From: Botryllus schlosseri
Taxonomy: Eukaryota
DNA length: 64,000 nucleotides
Reading direction: 5' to 3'
Assembly (NCBI GenBank): GCA_051294905.1
Contig: CM119371.1
Location: forward strand, 3,226,001 to 3,290,000
Positions 1-13,256 of this stretch are shown in pieces. Numbering within the stretch: the first letter of the stretch is position 1; the number at the start of each line of letters is the position of its first letter. The notes beneath the pieces are model-generated. The model saw nothing but the letters and a program-made list of their open reading frames with translations. It searched no databases and had not been told where the DNA came from. A program made the translations under genes and the position numbers.

Positions 1-265
1 CCGAAGAATAGTAAATTAGTCACCCTATTGTTACTGATACTTGAAAATGCGACCCGAAACTATTAAAAGTGAGGAAAATTAGTATATTATAAATGCGAAC
101 CATTCGATATCACCAAACAGAGTTATAGAAAGTGGGTTTAACAAGACTATAAATGGAAAAGGAGAAGTCAACACAATCACTTGGACTTGGACTCGAGTCA
201 TAATACCATGACTCGGACTCGAACCTCTGCTCGATGACTTGGACTCGGACTTGAATCGGTGGCTG
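1..265. mobile_element. Fragment of a dispersed repeat/MITE family rich in GACTCGAGTC/GACTTGGACTC motifs
   Basis: Colinear similarity to 22168-22440 (aaaatgcgacc.gaaact...gaggaaaatta...cacaat.acttggact...gtcataatacca.gactcggactc). Confidence 0.7.
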
Positions 266-271
266 CAACGT

Positions 272-1612
272 ATTTCAACTCAGACTTGCTCCGGATCTGA
301 TAGGTGCGCACTATTTCAACCCGGACGCGCTCCGGATCTGATAGCTGCGCACTATTTCACCCCGGGCGTGCTCCGGAGCTGATAGCTGCGCACTATTTCA
401 ACCCAGACAAGCTCCAGCGCTGATAGCTGCGCCCTAAACGATACGTGACCTTTAAATGACCTGTATGTCTGCGATTTTTGGTGATAGATGTGATAGCTGA
501 GTATATCCACCGTAGTGATAGTGATAGCTGCGCAGTATTTCAACCCGGACGTACTCCGGAGCTGATAGCTGCGCACTATTTCCACCCAGACTTGCTCCGG
601 ATCTGATAGCTGCGCGCTATTTCAACCTGGACGTGCTCCGATGCTGATAGCTGCGCACTATTTCAACCTGGACGTGCTCCGATGCTGATAGCTGCGCACT
701 ATTTCAACCTGGACATGCTCCGGATCTGATAGCTGCGCACTATTTCAACTGAGACTTGCTCCGGATCTGATAGCTGCGCACTATTTCAACCCGGGCGTGC
801 TCCGGAGCTGATAGCTGCGCACTATTTCAACCCAGACAAGCTCCAGCGCTGATAGCTGCGCCCAAACGATACGTGACCTTTAAATGACCTGTATGTCTGC
901 GATTTTTGGTGATAGATGTGATAGCTGAGTATATCCACAGTAGTGATAGTGATAGCTGCGCACTATTTCAACCCGGACGTACTCCGGAGCTGATAGCTGC
1001 GCACTATTTCCACTCAGACTTGCTCCGGATCTGATAGCTGCGCGCTATTTCAACTCAGACGTGCTCCGGATCTGATAGCTGCGCACTATTTCAAGCCAGA
1101 CAAGCTCCAGCGCTGATAGCTGCGCCCTAAACAATACGTGACCTTTAAATGACCTGTATGTCAGCGATTTTGGTGATAGATGGGATACCGGTGTATATCC
1201 ACAGTAGTGATAGCTGCGCACTATTTCAACACGGACGTACTCCGGAGCTGATAGCTGCGCACTATTTACACTCAGAGTAGCTCCGGATGTGATAGCTGCG
1301 CACTATTTCAACCTGGACGTGCTCCGGATCTGATAGCTGCGCACTATTTCAACCAGGACGTGCTCCGAATCTGATAGCTGCGCACTATTTCCACTCAGAC
1401 TTGCTCCGGATCTGATAGCTGCGCACTATTTCAACCCAGACAAGCTCCAGCGCTGATAGCTGCGCCCTAGACGATACGTGACCTTTAAATGACCTGTATG
1501 TCTGCGATTTTTGGTGATAGCTGCGATAGCTGTGATAGCTGAGTATATCCACAAGTGATAGCTGCGATAGCTGCGGGAGCTGCGATAGCTGTGATAGCTG
1601 AGTATATCCACG
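272..1612. repeat. Tandem satellite with a ~40-bp monomer (gatagctgcgcactatttcaacccggacgtgctccggatct) and higher-order structure
   Basis: Roughly 20 monomers, punctuated four times (near 432, 861, 1125, 1465) by the same ~100-bp block (cc.taaacgatacgtgacctttaaatgacctgtatgtc...gtatatccac); decays into gatagctg(c) micro-units at 1516-1600. Confidence 0.95.
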
Positions 1613-2158
1613 GGGCCGACATATCACACTAAACGTATCAGGATTCCATTTTCGAGCATATTGATTGAATACATAAACACTTCTTCCTTGCCGAGGGCAA
1701 TTTTCAGAGTCCGGGGTTACCGGTATAGACTATCAAGATATGTTACCATTTCAAAAGATTTCACATCACACCAAACCTTTCGTAACACACTGATGCAGCC
1801 AGAGGCCATCACAATTTCGAGTTGGTAACCAAGACTGTACTATTTTATGTGAGCAGTGGCAGTGGCAGTGCCAGTCCCACTGTACACAGTAGAAGCGCGA
1901 AACGGTATGCCAATAAAGCACTGGTCTACAATCAATCAACATCAAGTAGCTTAGGTTTGCGAATTTGCCCATTCGGCATCGTGAAGAATGAAGATCCATC
2001 TATTCTTCCTAAATTCAGGTGTAAACATTCCCTTGTCAATCTATTTCGCTTTATCGAGTAATATAAGTGGGTTAGCCTGTACTCTGAAACATATTAGCTA
2101 TATCTCCAACGTCCGATCGAAATAAAACTGATATTAGAACACTCTATCAGCTGATTTC

Positions 2159-5100
2159 TACAGGGTTGGTTCGATTGGTTTGAAATAAGGACAGATTTGT
2201 TTGAAATGAGGAGAGTCTCATGTTTGAAATGAGGATAGTCATGTCAGAAATAAGGATAGTCATGTTTGAAATGAGGATAGTCGCTATATTCACTATAAAG
2301 TCAGTTGCAGTACCAGGCACGACTTCCCAGTGGTAATTAACCCAGTCCGAACACATCCCAGACATGATGTCCGAACACGCCCCAGACACGATGTCCTAGC
2401 GTCAACACAGTCCTAACATACCCCAGACATGATGTCCGAACACGCCCCAGACACGATGTCCGAAGGGCAGCACAGGCCGAACACACCCCAGACATGATGT
2501 TCAAACACGCGCCAGACACGATCTACGAGTGTCAATACAGGCCTAACACGCCCAAGACACCATGTCTGAATCGCAACACAGACCGAACACGCCCCAGACA
2601 CGATGTCCTAGTGTCAACTCAGATCCGAAAACAACCCAGACACCATGTTTGAATGGCCGAACATGCCCCAGACAAGATGTCCGATTGGCAGCACAGGCCG
2701 AACACACCCCAGACATGATGTCCAAACACGCCCCAGACACGATGTCCGGTTATCAACACAGGCCGAAAACGCCCAAGACACCATGTCCGAATGGCAACAC
2801 AGGTCGAACACACCCCAGACATGATATCCAAACACGCCCAAGACACCATGTCCGAATGGCAACACGGACCGAACACGCCCCAGACACGATGTCCCATTGG
2901 CAGCACAGACCGAACACACCACAGACATGATGTCCAAACACGTCCCAGACACGATGTCCGATTGGCAGCACAGGCCGAACACACCCCAGACATGATGTTC
3001 AAACACGCGCCAGACACGATGTACGAGTGTCAGTGTCAACTCAGTCCGAACACAACCCAGACACCATGTTTGAATGGCCGAACACGCCCCAGACACGATG
3101 TGCGATAGGCAACACAGTCCCAACCCCCCCCCAGACACGATGTTAATAAGGTTGGTCATGTTTGAAATAAGGTCAGTCTCGTGTTTGAAATAAGGATAGT
3201 CATGTTAGAAATGAGGATAGTCATGTTTGATATAAGGATAGTCATGTTTGAAATGAGGTTAGTCTCATGTTTGAAATGAGGATAGTCATGTCAGAAATAA
3301 GGATAGTCATGTTTGAAATGAGGATAGTCGCTATATTCACTATAAAGTTAGTTGCAGTACCAGGCACGACTTCCCAATGGTAACCCAGTCCTAACACACC
3401 CCAGACATGATGTCAAAACACGTCCCAGACACGATGTCCGATTGGCAGCACAGGCCGAGCACACCCCAGACATGATGTTCAAACACGCGCCAGACGATGT
3501 ACGAGTGTCAATACAGGCCTAACACGCCCAAAACACCATGTCTGAATGGCAACACAGACCGAAGACGCCACAGACACGGTGTCTGATTGGCAACTCAGAT
3601 CCGAAAACAACCCAGACACCATGTTTGAATGGCCGAACATGCCTCAGACACGATGTCCGATTGGCAGCACAGGCCGAACACACCCCAGACATGATGTCCA
3701 AACACGCCCCAGACACGATGTCCGGGTATCAACACAGGCCGAACACGCCCAAGACACCATGTCCGAATGGCAACACAGGCCGAACACACCCCAGACATCA
3801 TGTCCAAACACGCCCCAGACACGATCTCCGAGTATTAACACAGGCCGAACACGCCCAAGACACCATGCCCGAATGGCAACACAGTTATAGGCCTGTATTG
3901 ACACTCGGACATCGTGTCTGGGGCGTGTTTGGACATCATGTCTGGGGTGTGTTCGGCCTGTGCTGTCAATCGGACATCGTGTCTGGGGCATGTTCGGCTA
4001 TTCAAACATCGTGTCTGGGTTGTGTTCGGACTGAGTTGACACTCGGATATCGTGTCTGGGGCGTGTTCGGTCTGTGTTGCCATTCGAGCATGATGTCTTG
4101 GACGTGTTCGGCCTATGTTGATACTCGGACATCGTTTCTGGGGCGTGTTTGGACATCATGCCTGGGGTGTGTTCGGCCTGTGCTGCCAATCGAACATCGT
4201 GTCTGGGGCATGTTCGGCCATTCAAACATGGTGTCTGGGTTGTTTTCGGATCTGAGTTGACACTAGTACATCGTGTCTGGGGCGTGTTCGGTCTGTGTTG
4301 CGATTCAGACATGGTGTCTTGGGCGAGTTAGGCCTGTATTGACACTCGGATATCGTGTCTGGGGCGTGTTCGGTCTGTGTTGCCATTCGAGCATGAAGTC
4401 TTGAGCGTGTTCGGCCTATGTTGATACTCGGACATCGTTTCTGGGGCGTGTTTGGACATCATGTCTGGGGTGTGTTCGGCCTGTGCTGCCACTCGGACAT
4501 AGTCTCTTGGGCGTGTTCGGCCTGTGTTGATACCCGGACCATAGTCGTTTACAGCAGTGCTGTAAACGACTATGCCCGGACATCGTGTCTGGGGCGTGTT
4601 TGGACATCATGTCTGGGCAGTGTTCGGCCTGTGCTGCCAATCGGATATCGTGTCTAGGGCATGTTCGGCCATTCAAACATGGTGTCTGGGTTGTTTTCGG
4701 ATCTGAGTTGACACTAGGACATCGTGTCTGGGGCGTGTTCGGTTTGTGTTGCGATTCAGACATGGTGTCTTGGGCGTGTTAGGCCTGTATTGACACTCGT
4801 AGATCGTGTCTGGCGCGTGTTTGAACATCATGTCTGGGGTGTGTTCGGCCTGTGCTGCCATTCGGACATCGTGTCTGGGGCGTGTTCGGACATCATGTCT
4901 GGGGTATGTTAGGACTGTGTTGACGCTAGGACATCGTGTCTAGGGCGTGTTCGGACATCATGTCTGGGATGTGTTCGGACTGGGTTACCACTGTGAAGTC
5001 GTGCCTGGTACTGCAACTGACTTTATAGTGAATATAGCGACTATCCTCATTTCAAACCTGACTATCCTTATTTCTGACATGACTATCCTCATTTCAAACA

Positions 5101-5163
5101 TGAGACTCTCCTCATTTCAAACAAATCTGTCCTTATTTCAAACCAATCGAACCAACCTTCCTC
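2159..5163. mobile_element. Non-autonomous foldback (FB/Mutator-like) element built from modular tandem repeats
   Basis: Inverted arms ggttggttcgattggtttgaaataagg... (2164) and ...ccttatttcaaaccaatcgaaccaacc (5157); 20-bp subterminal repeats gtttgaaatgaggatagtcat; internal ccgaacacgccccagacacgatgt units flip orientation near 3887; 9-bp direct repeat gctgatttc at 2150-2158 and 5164-5172. Confidence 0.85.
4540..4574. mobile_element. 35-bp perfect palindrome (17+1+17) with a 7-bp TSD; probable P-superfamily excision footprint
   Basis: cccggac|catagtcgtttacagca-g-tgctgtaaacgactatg|cccggac; absent from the other repeat units of the host element. Confidence 0.7.
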
Positions 5164-5517
5164 GCTGATTTCATTCCATGTTTTGACTTAGAGCCATTGA
5201 TGCACGTGAGACATTAGCTCCACCACGCGGAAGAACGAAAGGCGTCAAATCAATAACATCATGCAGTTCGTTATTACTTACATTTACTTCATAATCTATT
5301 TAGTTTTGTTATCTTTCCGAATTTTATTCTCGTGTACATATCGATATCATCGGATCAGTCGGTAAAGCCCACACTCGAATAGAGTTCGTATTATAAACAT
5401 TTAAAAGAACTATTCTGCCAGAAAGGTGAGGAGCCATCAATGCATGACGCCCTTGGAAACTGAGGAGATCGCTTGCTTAGTAACCGCTCTATATGTCGTT
5501 TTGCACTTGCGCAGTGC

Positions 5518-5640
5518 CGGGGGCGGCAACTTGTCCGGTTGGTGAGAAGGATATGGGAAAATTAGGCACTTGGCGGGCCGGATTACAGAATATATACATT
5601 ACACCCTAATGGCGTATCTATCCACCTCTACAAGGAATTA
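5518..5640 (+). mobile_element. Left-end fragment of the hAT-type MITE family seen intact at 25633-26865
   Basis: gggggcggcaactt...ggatat..gaaaattagg.actt..gggccg aligns with 25633-25730. Confidence 0.6.
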
Positions 5641-5866
5641 ATTGTGTTTAATGTAAACTTCCAGCTTAAAGCGTATAGGTATCAAAACAGTATTTAATGA
5701 ATTTATTTACAACAGCTATTGAATTCATTCAGACATCTATGGTCGCTCAATACTGTCAACTAGTTTATTGAACTCTGATTGCATGTCATATGCAAAAACC
5801 CTTGGTAAAGACTGCATGCGACCATCCGTTATATTGGAACGCAGCCCTCCTCGTTAATGTTCGTGA

Positions 5867-6100
5867 CAGTGTTGGGATTAAGTCACTGCCTTCGAATCAC
5901 AAGTCATCTCGAATCATTGCTCATTTTGACTCTAATCAAGTCAATTCACTTGATTTTCATAGGGCACAAGGGTCAAGTCAAGTCACCCGATTTTTGGAGG
6001 TGACCCGAGTCACGTCGGGTCAAGTCAAGTCACGAGTCAAGTAACTAGTCAAGTCATGTTGAAATGTCAAAATATTAGACATGATTCAAAGTCATTTCAC
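5867..6100 (+). mobile_element. Left part of a cagtgttgggat-TIR element (same family as 33921-34876)
   Basis: cagtgttgggattaagtcactgccttcgaatcacaagtc... followed by caagt/gagtc subrepeats, colinear with 33921-34130. Confidence 0.75.
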
Positions 6101-8099
6101 GTGCAAAAATGCAAAAAAAAATTACTTAAAAAAAAAGTCATTTTCAGACCACCCTACAACGCATGCCTATTGACATTCCAACATTTAACGACAAATGACG
6201 ATACTTATCCTCACATCTTCACAAAGTCTACCTTCCTCTCATTCGAATTAAGTTCTGAAACATGAAACGATTGTCTGGCATTTATCTTGATTGCTGCACA
6301 ACCTTTTGTCACATTGTACGCATTCGCGTAAAATACATTGTCTCTCCATATCCCGATAACCCAAAGAAAATGCAAGGCTCAAAGAACTAATTAATATTTA
6401 TTTCAAATCAATTCTATACATTTCATAACATGAAAAAGCAGCCCAATACAACATAAAATCACGGAAATTACAGCCACTACTCTCTAAGTCCAAGATGAAG
6501 ATACTTATTAGGAGTCATTAACAATACTCTCAGTTGTCTGTTGTGGATAATGTTAGTATAATTGCAAATTAGTCACAATGGACAGTAAGAGTAATTTATA
6601 GAATGTCAAGCAGCATATCATAATAGCTCAGTAAAAAGGGAATATTGAAGCACATTCATAAGATTATCTGAAATTTCGATTGTTATGGATTGACAATTTG
6701 CCTCTTTTTCAGTTAACTATGGTGTATCAGGTCACTGAGAATCAATTAATCACATACCAATAACAAACGACCACATCGAGAGGGATAAGCCAATTATATT
6801 ATTCTTGAAGCATTTAGAAACACCAAGGTAGCAGAAAACTTGGTCATTGGTCATAGAAGCAAGAAAAATCGTTAGCTTGAAGTGCAGCGACCGTCATTCT
6901 ACAGAATAACATCAAGGTCATGAAATATCTTGGTAATGGAAGTTCTCAACTCGATAAGTTTACCATTCAACACTCTCCTGAAGTCAACTGTACTAAAGAT
7001 ATAGAGAAAGATCACAAGATCATGATGGAGCATGAAGAATCCTACATAATTGATACTACAATGGATTTCATACACTACACTACTTTTATTTTCAACAAAA
7101 TTTTATATTTTATATTTTTTTGGGTTTTTTGAAGTATTTAATTTCTATCATAATACATCACACAAAACATACAACACTACACACTACACACTGCATATCT
7201 AAGATTATAACAATTTGTTTTAATCATTTTTCCATATTTATGTATTTTTTGTAACTTCTATTATAATCAACTATTTTAAGGTGTAACACGATGAAATACA
7301 TTTATTTATTTTATCCCGCTATTCGATTCTACCTTGCGAATCAATCATTATAATAGCAGAAAATCAACAGGATGACGGCTTGAACTCTACTGTAGTAAAA
7401 CCATCTGCACATTGAAATCAACTAATTAACTTCATTTTCGGAAATATTTAGGATCGACGTGACGCTTACGGTATTTTCATTGTTTTCGTCGAATTGTGAA
7501 TTTTTTTTGCCAACTGTTTTGGTTACCTAATTGTGAAATGCACCATACAAATAGCATTGCGAAATTGCATCAATTAAACATGAAATAGCCAGTTTAAATT
7601 CTTAAATGAAATGCGGTAATTCTACTCTCCATATTTTAATTTTGCTGATGAGAAAATGTTGGCTCTTGTACACGATCAACGATGTTGCATCTGTGGTCTT
7701 CTCAACAAGTGACTGAAAAACAAGTATCTCTGAATAAATCAATATCCTAATTCATCAATCACGTCTGCAAACTATTCGGACTATGAGCCTGAGATGGACT
7801 GATCACTCGGGTATGTCATTATACTGCACAAAATAGAATTAAACTTTTGTAGATGACCTGCATGGGCTCATAGTCGGATAGATTTGAGGGATTTATTCTA
7901 CAGGTAGATTGCGGATTTATATTTTCGCTATACGGTTCTCAGGTATCATGGGCACACAATTCAATATACGGAAACATATTTAGTCAGTACTCCCATTTCA
8001 TGAAAATAAACCTGCACGCAACACATCGTATCCCAGTGAGCGGTATTGGGTGGGACGGTTTACTTGCTAGAGGATATTTTTGACAGTTTATATTTCAAT

Positions 8100-9100
8100 T
8101 CGGAAAATTTCGGTGCAGTTAACAATGTCAGGTATTAATGTTTGATAGAAATTCTATTTTTAATGCCACTAGGATCATCTCTACGAGTGGAAAATTCACC
8201 AAAACTAGGGACGTACGTTTCTTCTTCAAGGTAGCCTAAAATGGGTGACGATAAGCGCACTAATACCATACTTCGATAATTGGACAACTCTAGGTGTCCA
8301 ATTAGACTAGTTTGAGCGAAATGCCGGTAATCTAATTTGAGTCTATTTTGTGAAATGATTCTATGCTCTAATTCTGATCTAATTTGTCAAATTTTTATAC
8401 GTTCTCACTTTAATGCAAACCCTGTAAATGCTCCTGAGAGAACTGTATAGTGCGAAACAAGCCAAACTTGTTTCACAGACATTTTCTGTTATCATCCTCA
8501 TAAGCATAAACCATGATTTGATAGTAATGGAACTGGATTCAATGACCTAGTTTTTGCGGATTCAGTAATTTTAATTCCACTCTAATTTGGAAAAATTTAT
8601 AATTATACCTGTAGTATGAATGTCTTTTAACAGCTTGTTTCATGAAAGTATAATTTTAATGCCACTAGGATCATCTGTATGAGTGGAAAATTCATCTAAA
8701 ATAGGTACGTGCGTTTTATCTTCAAGGTTGCCTAAAATAGGTGACGATAAGCGTACTCCTATCAGACTTGAATAATTAAATAATTCTAGTTGTCTAATTA
8801 GACTAAATAGAGCTAAATGCCTGTAATTTAATTCAAATATAATTTGTGAAATGATTTTTCGCCCTGATTCTGTGAAATTTTTAGATGTTCTCATTTCAAC
8901 GCAAAGCCTATCTCTGGTTTTCCTGTTCACCTGTTTTCCAGATAATTGTATAGTACCAAACGAGCCAAGCTTGTTGGACAGACATTTTCTATTATCATGC
9001 TCATGAGATTCAACCATGATTTGATAGTAACGGAACTGGATTCAATGACCCAGTTTTTGCGGATTCAATTCTAATTCCTATCTAATTTCGAAAAATGTAT
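8100..9100 (-). pseudogene. Tandem duplication (~500-bp unit) of a decayed coding segment, product unknown
   Basis: 8155-8600 and 8655-9100 are colinear. Copy 2 holds ORF 8640-9017; copy 1 has stops but keeps the frame over ~60 codons, with several synonymous differences (agg/cgg, gaa/gag, tta/ttg, gta/gtg, cct/ccc). Confidence 0.45.
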
Positions 9101-10269
9101 AGCAATAACTACTGTTTTAATGTGTTTTGAAAAAGTACCGGTAATGCGATAAATAAATTCTACTATAATTTGGAAAAAAATGTGTAGCGTCAATTCTAAC
9201 TCTACTGTATGTAGAAAGAAAATTTAACTGTAATTATAATACTAATCAATTTTGCGAAAGCAGGAAATCTTCTAGATGACCGAGTCTGACTGGAAATGAA
9301 TCTGAATTCTTGTCGATTCGCAGCACAACTATTGAGCACATTCAAGACGAAGTTTACAAAAAATTTGTAAGTTGTCACTTGCGATTACCTAAGAAAAGTA
9401 TTGGACAACCAGTCCCAGTAATAATATTTGAAATGCACATACTCCAGTACTTTTCAAACTTTCATTTACACTATTGCTACATGCACCCGAGTAAAAAATG
9501 AACGGGATCACTCCAACTTCTGTTCGAGTTTAATCAATGACTATTTTGATAGTCTCTTTGAAAATTTTGTGACAACATATTACGACCAATAACTCTATTT
9601 ATATCACCCCCAGCAGCTAAACAATCCAGACGCATTAATTCTCGACCTACACCTCATTGACATATAAATTCTTCGAGTATCTCATCAAATCTCAGTTTCA
9701 TAATACAACAAATATTTCTCCCAATAAAATGAAATCTGTGTGGTCTGGATGCAGCAAGTAATCATGAATTGAAGTGACGCATTACTGCCAAAGATCAACT
9801 TTAGTATATATTGACAGAGGTGATCAGTAACCAACTAACTCCACTTTGTCAAAGTATAAAAGTACGTTTTGCCCACTTACACTACTTACTTAAGAAGCTA
9901 TTACTTCCGACTACTTCTACTTCTATTTGACAACTTTCATTTTTTTCAGCAAAACTATATGATGTGAAAAGTATGTTGCGATTCGATCTGAAATGATGCA
10001 TGACAGCGCTATTATATTCTTACAGAATAAACAAAGTATTTATTCCACAAAGCTACGTGTTATGGTCACCGTGTCAACGTTATGATGTCACTATCTGACA
10101 TCACATCAGGTAATATTATATATTAATTTATATAATACACAGTTTGCGTCACAATGTTTCTAAGCTGTTGTTTGAAACCAGATTTGCATGAGAACGGATC
10201 GACGATGTAATGGAAGGAAAAATCTCAATTCTCATTTTAGAATGGTCACACTTCGTAACATCTACTCAC

Positions 10270-10321
10270 CTCTGATAAAAATCCCATTCAAGTAGATTCC
10301 AGGCATCCGTATCTCGGAAGA
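10270..10321 (-). other. Candidate 52-bp exon, gene assignment unknown
   Basis: Minus strand cttatttcctatttcag|TCTTCC...ATCAGAG|gtgagt: consensus acceptor and donor; open in two frames. Confidence 0.4.
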
Positions 10322-10750
10322 CTGAAATAGGAAATAAGTTATATAGCTTAAAATGCTTGTTAGCAAAAGATGTATGTATCCTATGAATTGTGCTCTGTTG
10401 CTGAACCTATTGCGTAATATCTGAAACAGTCATCAGGCTCAAAGAGAGTTGAAATCATCAAAAATATAAATGAATTGTGTCCTACGATACAAGGTGGTTT
10501 AGTTATGGTGGGTAGGCGTACAGAACTTGCGCTTATCTACTATTTTAAATCCGAATCCTATTCCTGATGATACATTCAAATTCAAGTACAAATCCCGATT
10601 TTATTTTGTCTCGCGCCCATATCCACGTCCAATCCGGTAATGGCTGAAACTTGATCAAAAATTCGCATGAAAATGAAAGGTACGTGAAATTTTATGTCAA
10701 AGTACAGATTAAAATCCATCTTCAAATGAATCATAAACCATTATCTGAAG

Positions 10751-11124
10751 CAGTGGTTCCCAACGTGAGCGATTTGGCGGTCTAGGGGGGCGAAAATGAC
10801 GAAGGGGGCGATAGGGGGCGAAAATGGACAAAGGCTGCGACAGGGGGCGATAATAGCAAAGGGGACGACTGGGGGGGGACGCTGCGTTAAAACGGCTGTA
10901 TTGGAGTCAAGTCGGAGAAATTACTTTTTTTTAGTCAACCCACGAAAATTTAGCTGCAAAAGTGTAGAAATTCGATATCGAGCCGAAAAGTTGACTTTTT
11001 TTTATTCAACCCGCTGCTGATTACAGTTTGTACGCCCATTTTTCGGTTCACACAATTTAGGGGGCGATGATTGGTGTGGTGCTTGAAAAGGGGGCGAATA
11101 GTCGAAAAAGGTTGGGAGCCACTG
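10751..11124. mobile_element. hAT (Charlie-like) MITE
   Basis: TIRs cagtggttcccaac / gttgggagccactg; degenerate 8-bp TSD atctgaag/atctaaac; agggggcg subterminal repeats. Confidence 0.8.
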
Positions 11125-13007
11125 ATCTAAACCCAGGCAAAAGAGATGACGCGTGACCTCAATACCATAGAGATGCATAAAGTGGATTCGTGAAATCGTG
11201 AAATTATTTGTTATAGTTTCCGTTCAAAAGCGGTGGCTTTCAAAGGGAACATTGCTGCGGCCAAAATGTTTTTCACACTCTCCACTTTCTTTCCAGACAA
11301 CATCATATTTAAAGCGCAGTGTCGTTTTAATGTGTTATAGTTATGTCAGTTGGAAGTGAAATGAGAAATTACACGCAATATGATGCCCGACAGTACAATG
11401 CATATTACGTATATCTAATCCAATTCGATATGAGAATGAGTGAAAGCAACTCTAATCCATTTGTAAAACATTCCCTGCAATATGCAGCTAATTAGTTACG
11501 TACTGTCAATCGATTAAAATCACAGAATTCATATTCGCACCGGTTCCACGTTCTGTGAGATACTTTCACAAAACAATTATGAACTCGCATATTCGTTTTC
11601 GTATCAAAGGTAAATCGAACAAAGTAATCCCGAATGCTATTTCAAGATTCAGAGTAGGCTACTTGATTAGGTTGGACGAAACGATTTCGGAATTAATGCA
11701 ATGTTGTCGATTATAATTCAGTTCTACCTAAAAAAAGCACAATGCACAAGAGATGATTCGTATCAACGCCAATATAAAAAGTGGGATGCTGTATGACATA
11801 AAACCACGAATCCTGCAGAGTGGTGATCAGTAACGGAGTAACTCTACTTTATCAGACTACTCAAGTAGTGCTGTCTACTTGCATCGCTTAATCAAGGGGT
11901 TGTCATTTTAGACCACTTCTGTTTTTACTTCTTGTCACAGTTGTTAGTCAAAACTACTTACTTTATACAATATTGATTTTAAAAGTATCAAGTTGTTCCT
12001 AGTTCCGTATTCGTCATCGTTTTCAGTGAAATTCTTATAGGAGCCGCCTTAAATAGCCCATGTATCACGGTGACTGCATGGACATATTTTCAAAGATTCC
12101 ACTCCCTTGCAGTGTCATTAGTCATTTTGCATTAGCCACGAAGACATATCTTGCAATTTCGAAAGTAGATATATCCTATACACTGCTAAAAGTATACGGC
12201 CATTTGACCAAATCTTCTTTTTGGAACTACTTATTCCACCACATTTCAGACTAATACTTTTTCTACTTCAAGCTCAAGTCAATTTGTGATTTCTTATAAA
12301 TTGCTACTTCTACTTGCATACCAGCAGCAGCTTACGGCACTGTTCATCGTTCTACATGAGTCTTAACTCTGACTACTTAGACTACCTCTAATCATTCATG
12401 AATTCGTGTTAGCAACTCTCAGAACCGATCGGAGTCCGCTTGGTCACCAGATGTCGTAAATTAGCTACATGAAGTATTAAATTTCGTTCCATAGATATAT
12501 AAGCATATGAAATTGGTTTACAAGTTTTTTTGGCACATTGTCCCCTTATCAAGCTCGATATATCTTTATCACGCCCCATAATGGTAAAGTACTATCAGCA
12601 GCGAAGTAGTTGTGTAGTACTTATTATTATATACTTGTTTCGCTTACTCAAGTACTTTTGTTCGTATACTACCTCTACGTCAACAATTTTTATATGGTGA
12701 ATACTTCTTTGTGCATACTTGACATTGTCAAGTGAAGTAGCTTTTGACCCACGTTAATGATGCCTTGCTCCGAAATTAATATGCAAGCTCACAATCAGCT
12801 ACGTGTGAGAGATCATGCCTGAATTCCATACTACAATTATTCGTATTAAGTATGGGATATCGAATGAAAGTAAAATTCATGGATACCGTGCGTTATCACA
12901 TAACCCTGGTAACGACACTATGTCATGCATGAAACTAAAGCCCAATGATTTCTAGCGTTAGTAACGAATTAGACCTAAATTGACCATTTCATTCAAAGTG
13001 ATCGCGC

Positions 13008-13256
13008 TTATTTAATACAGCTAATAAAACGTATCTGAGATACGATGCAACCAAACAATGACTCACATTTTAAAACTTCCAACTCAGTATCGAGATCATT
13101 TGCAATCTTCTGGACCTTCTGCAATTCGTCTTCTTTCAACATATGATATCTCTGCTCGTATATCAATGTTACTTTCTTCAAATTGGAGTTGTTGACGAGA
13201 GACGAAATGTCAGCCAGTGAAACACGATACCGTAATATCCATCGGATATATTCGAT
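13008..13256 (-). CDS. NLR gene, terminal exon (degenerate LRR-like region, ends at TAA)
   Basis: Acceptor tttctcaccgcag|ATC; phase 0 matches the previous exon; IEYIRWILRYRVSLADISSLVNNSNLKKVTL...SCIK*. Confidence 0.7.
   Translation of the reverse strand: MEYIRWILRYRVSLADISSLVNNSNLKKVTLIYEQRYHMLKEDELQKVQKIANDLDTELEVLKCESLFGCIVSQIRFISCIK

Noticed and set aside
272..1612. CRISPR array
   Set aside because: The units are tandem monomers with no unique spacers, there are no cas genes, and the context is eukaryotic.
2147..5168. Many overlapping Cys/His-rich ORFs in the ORF track
   Set aside because: They are by-products of stop-poor tandem repeats, open on both strands, with no domain signature.
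6830..7080. hAT transposase C-terminal remnant
   Set aside because: A few suggestive residues spread across frameshifts; too degraded to support without a profile search.
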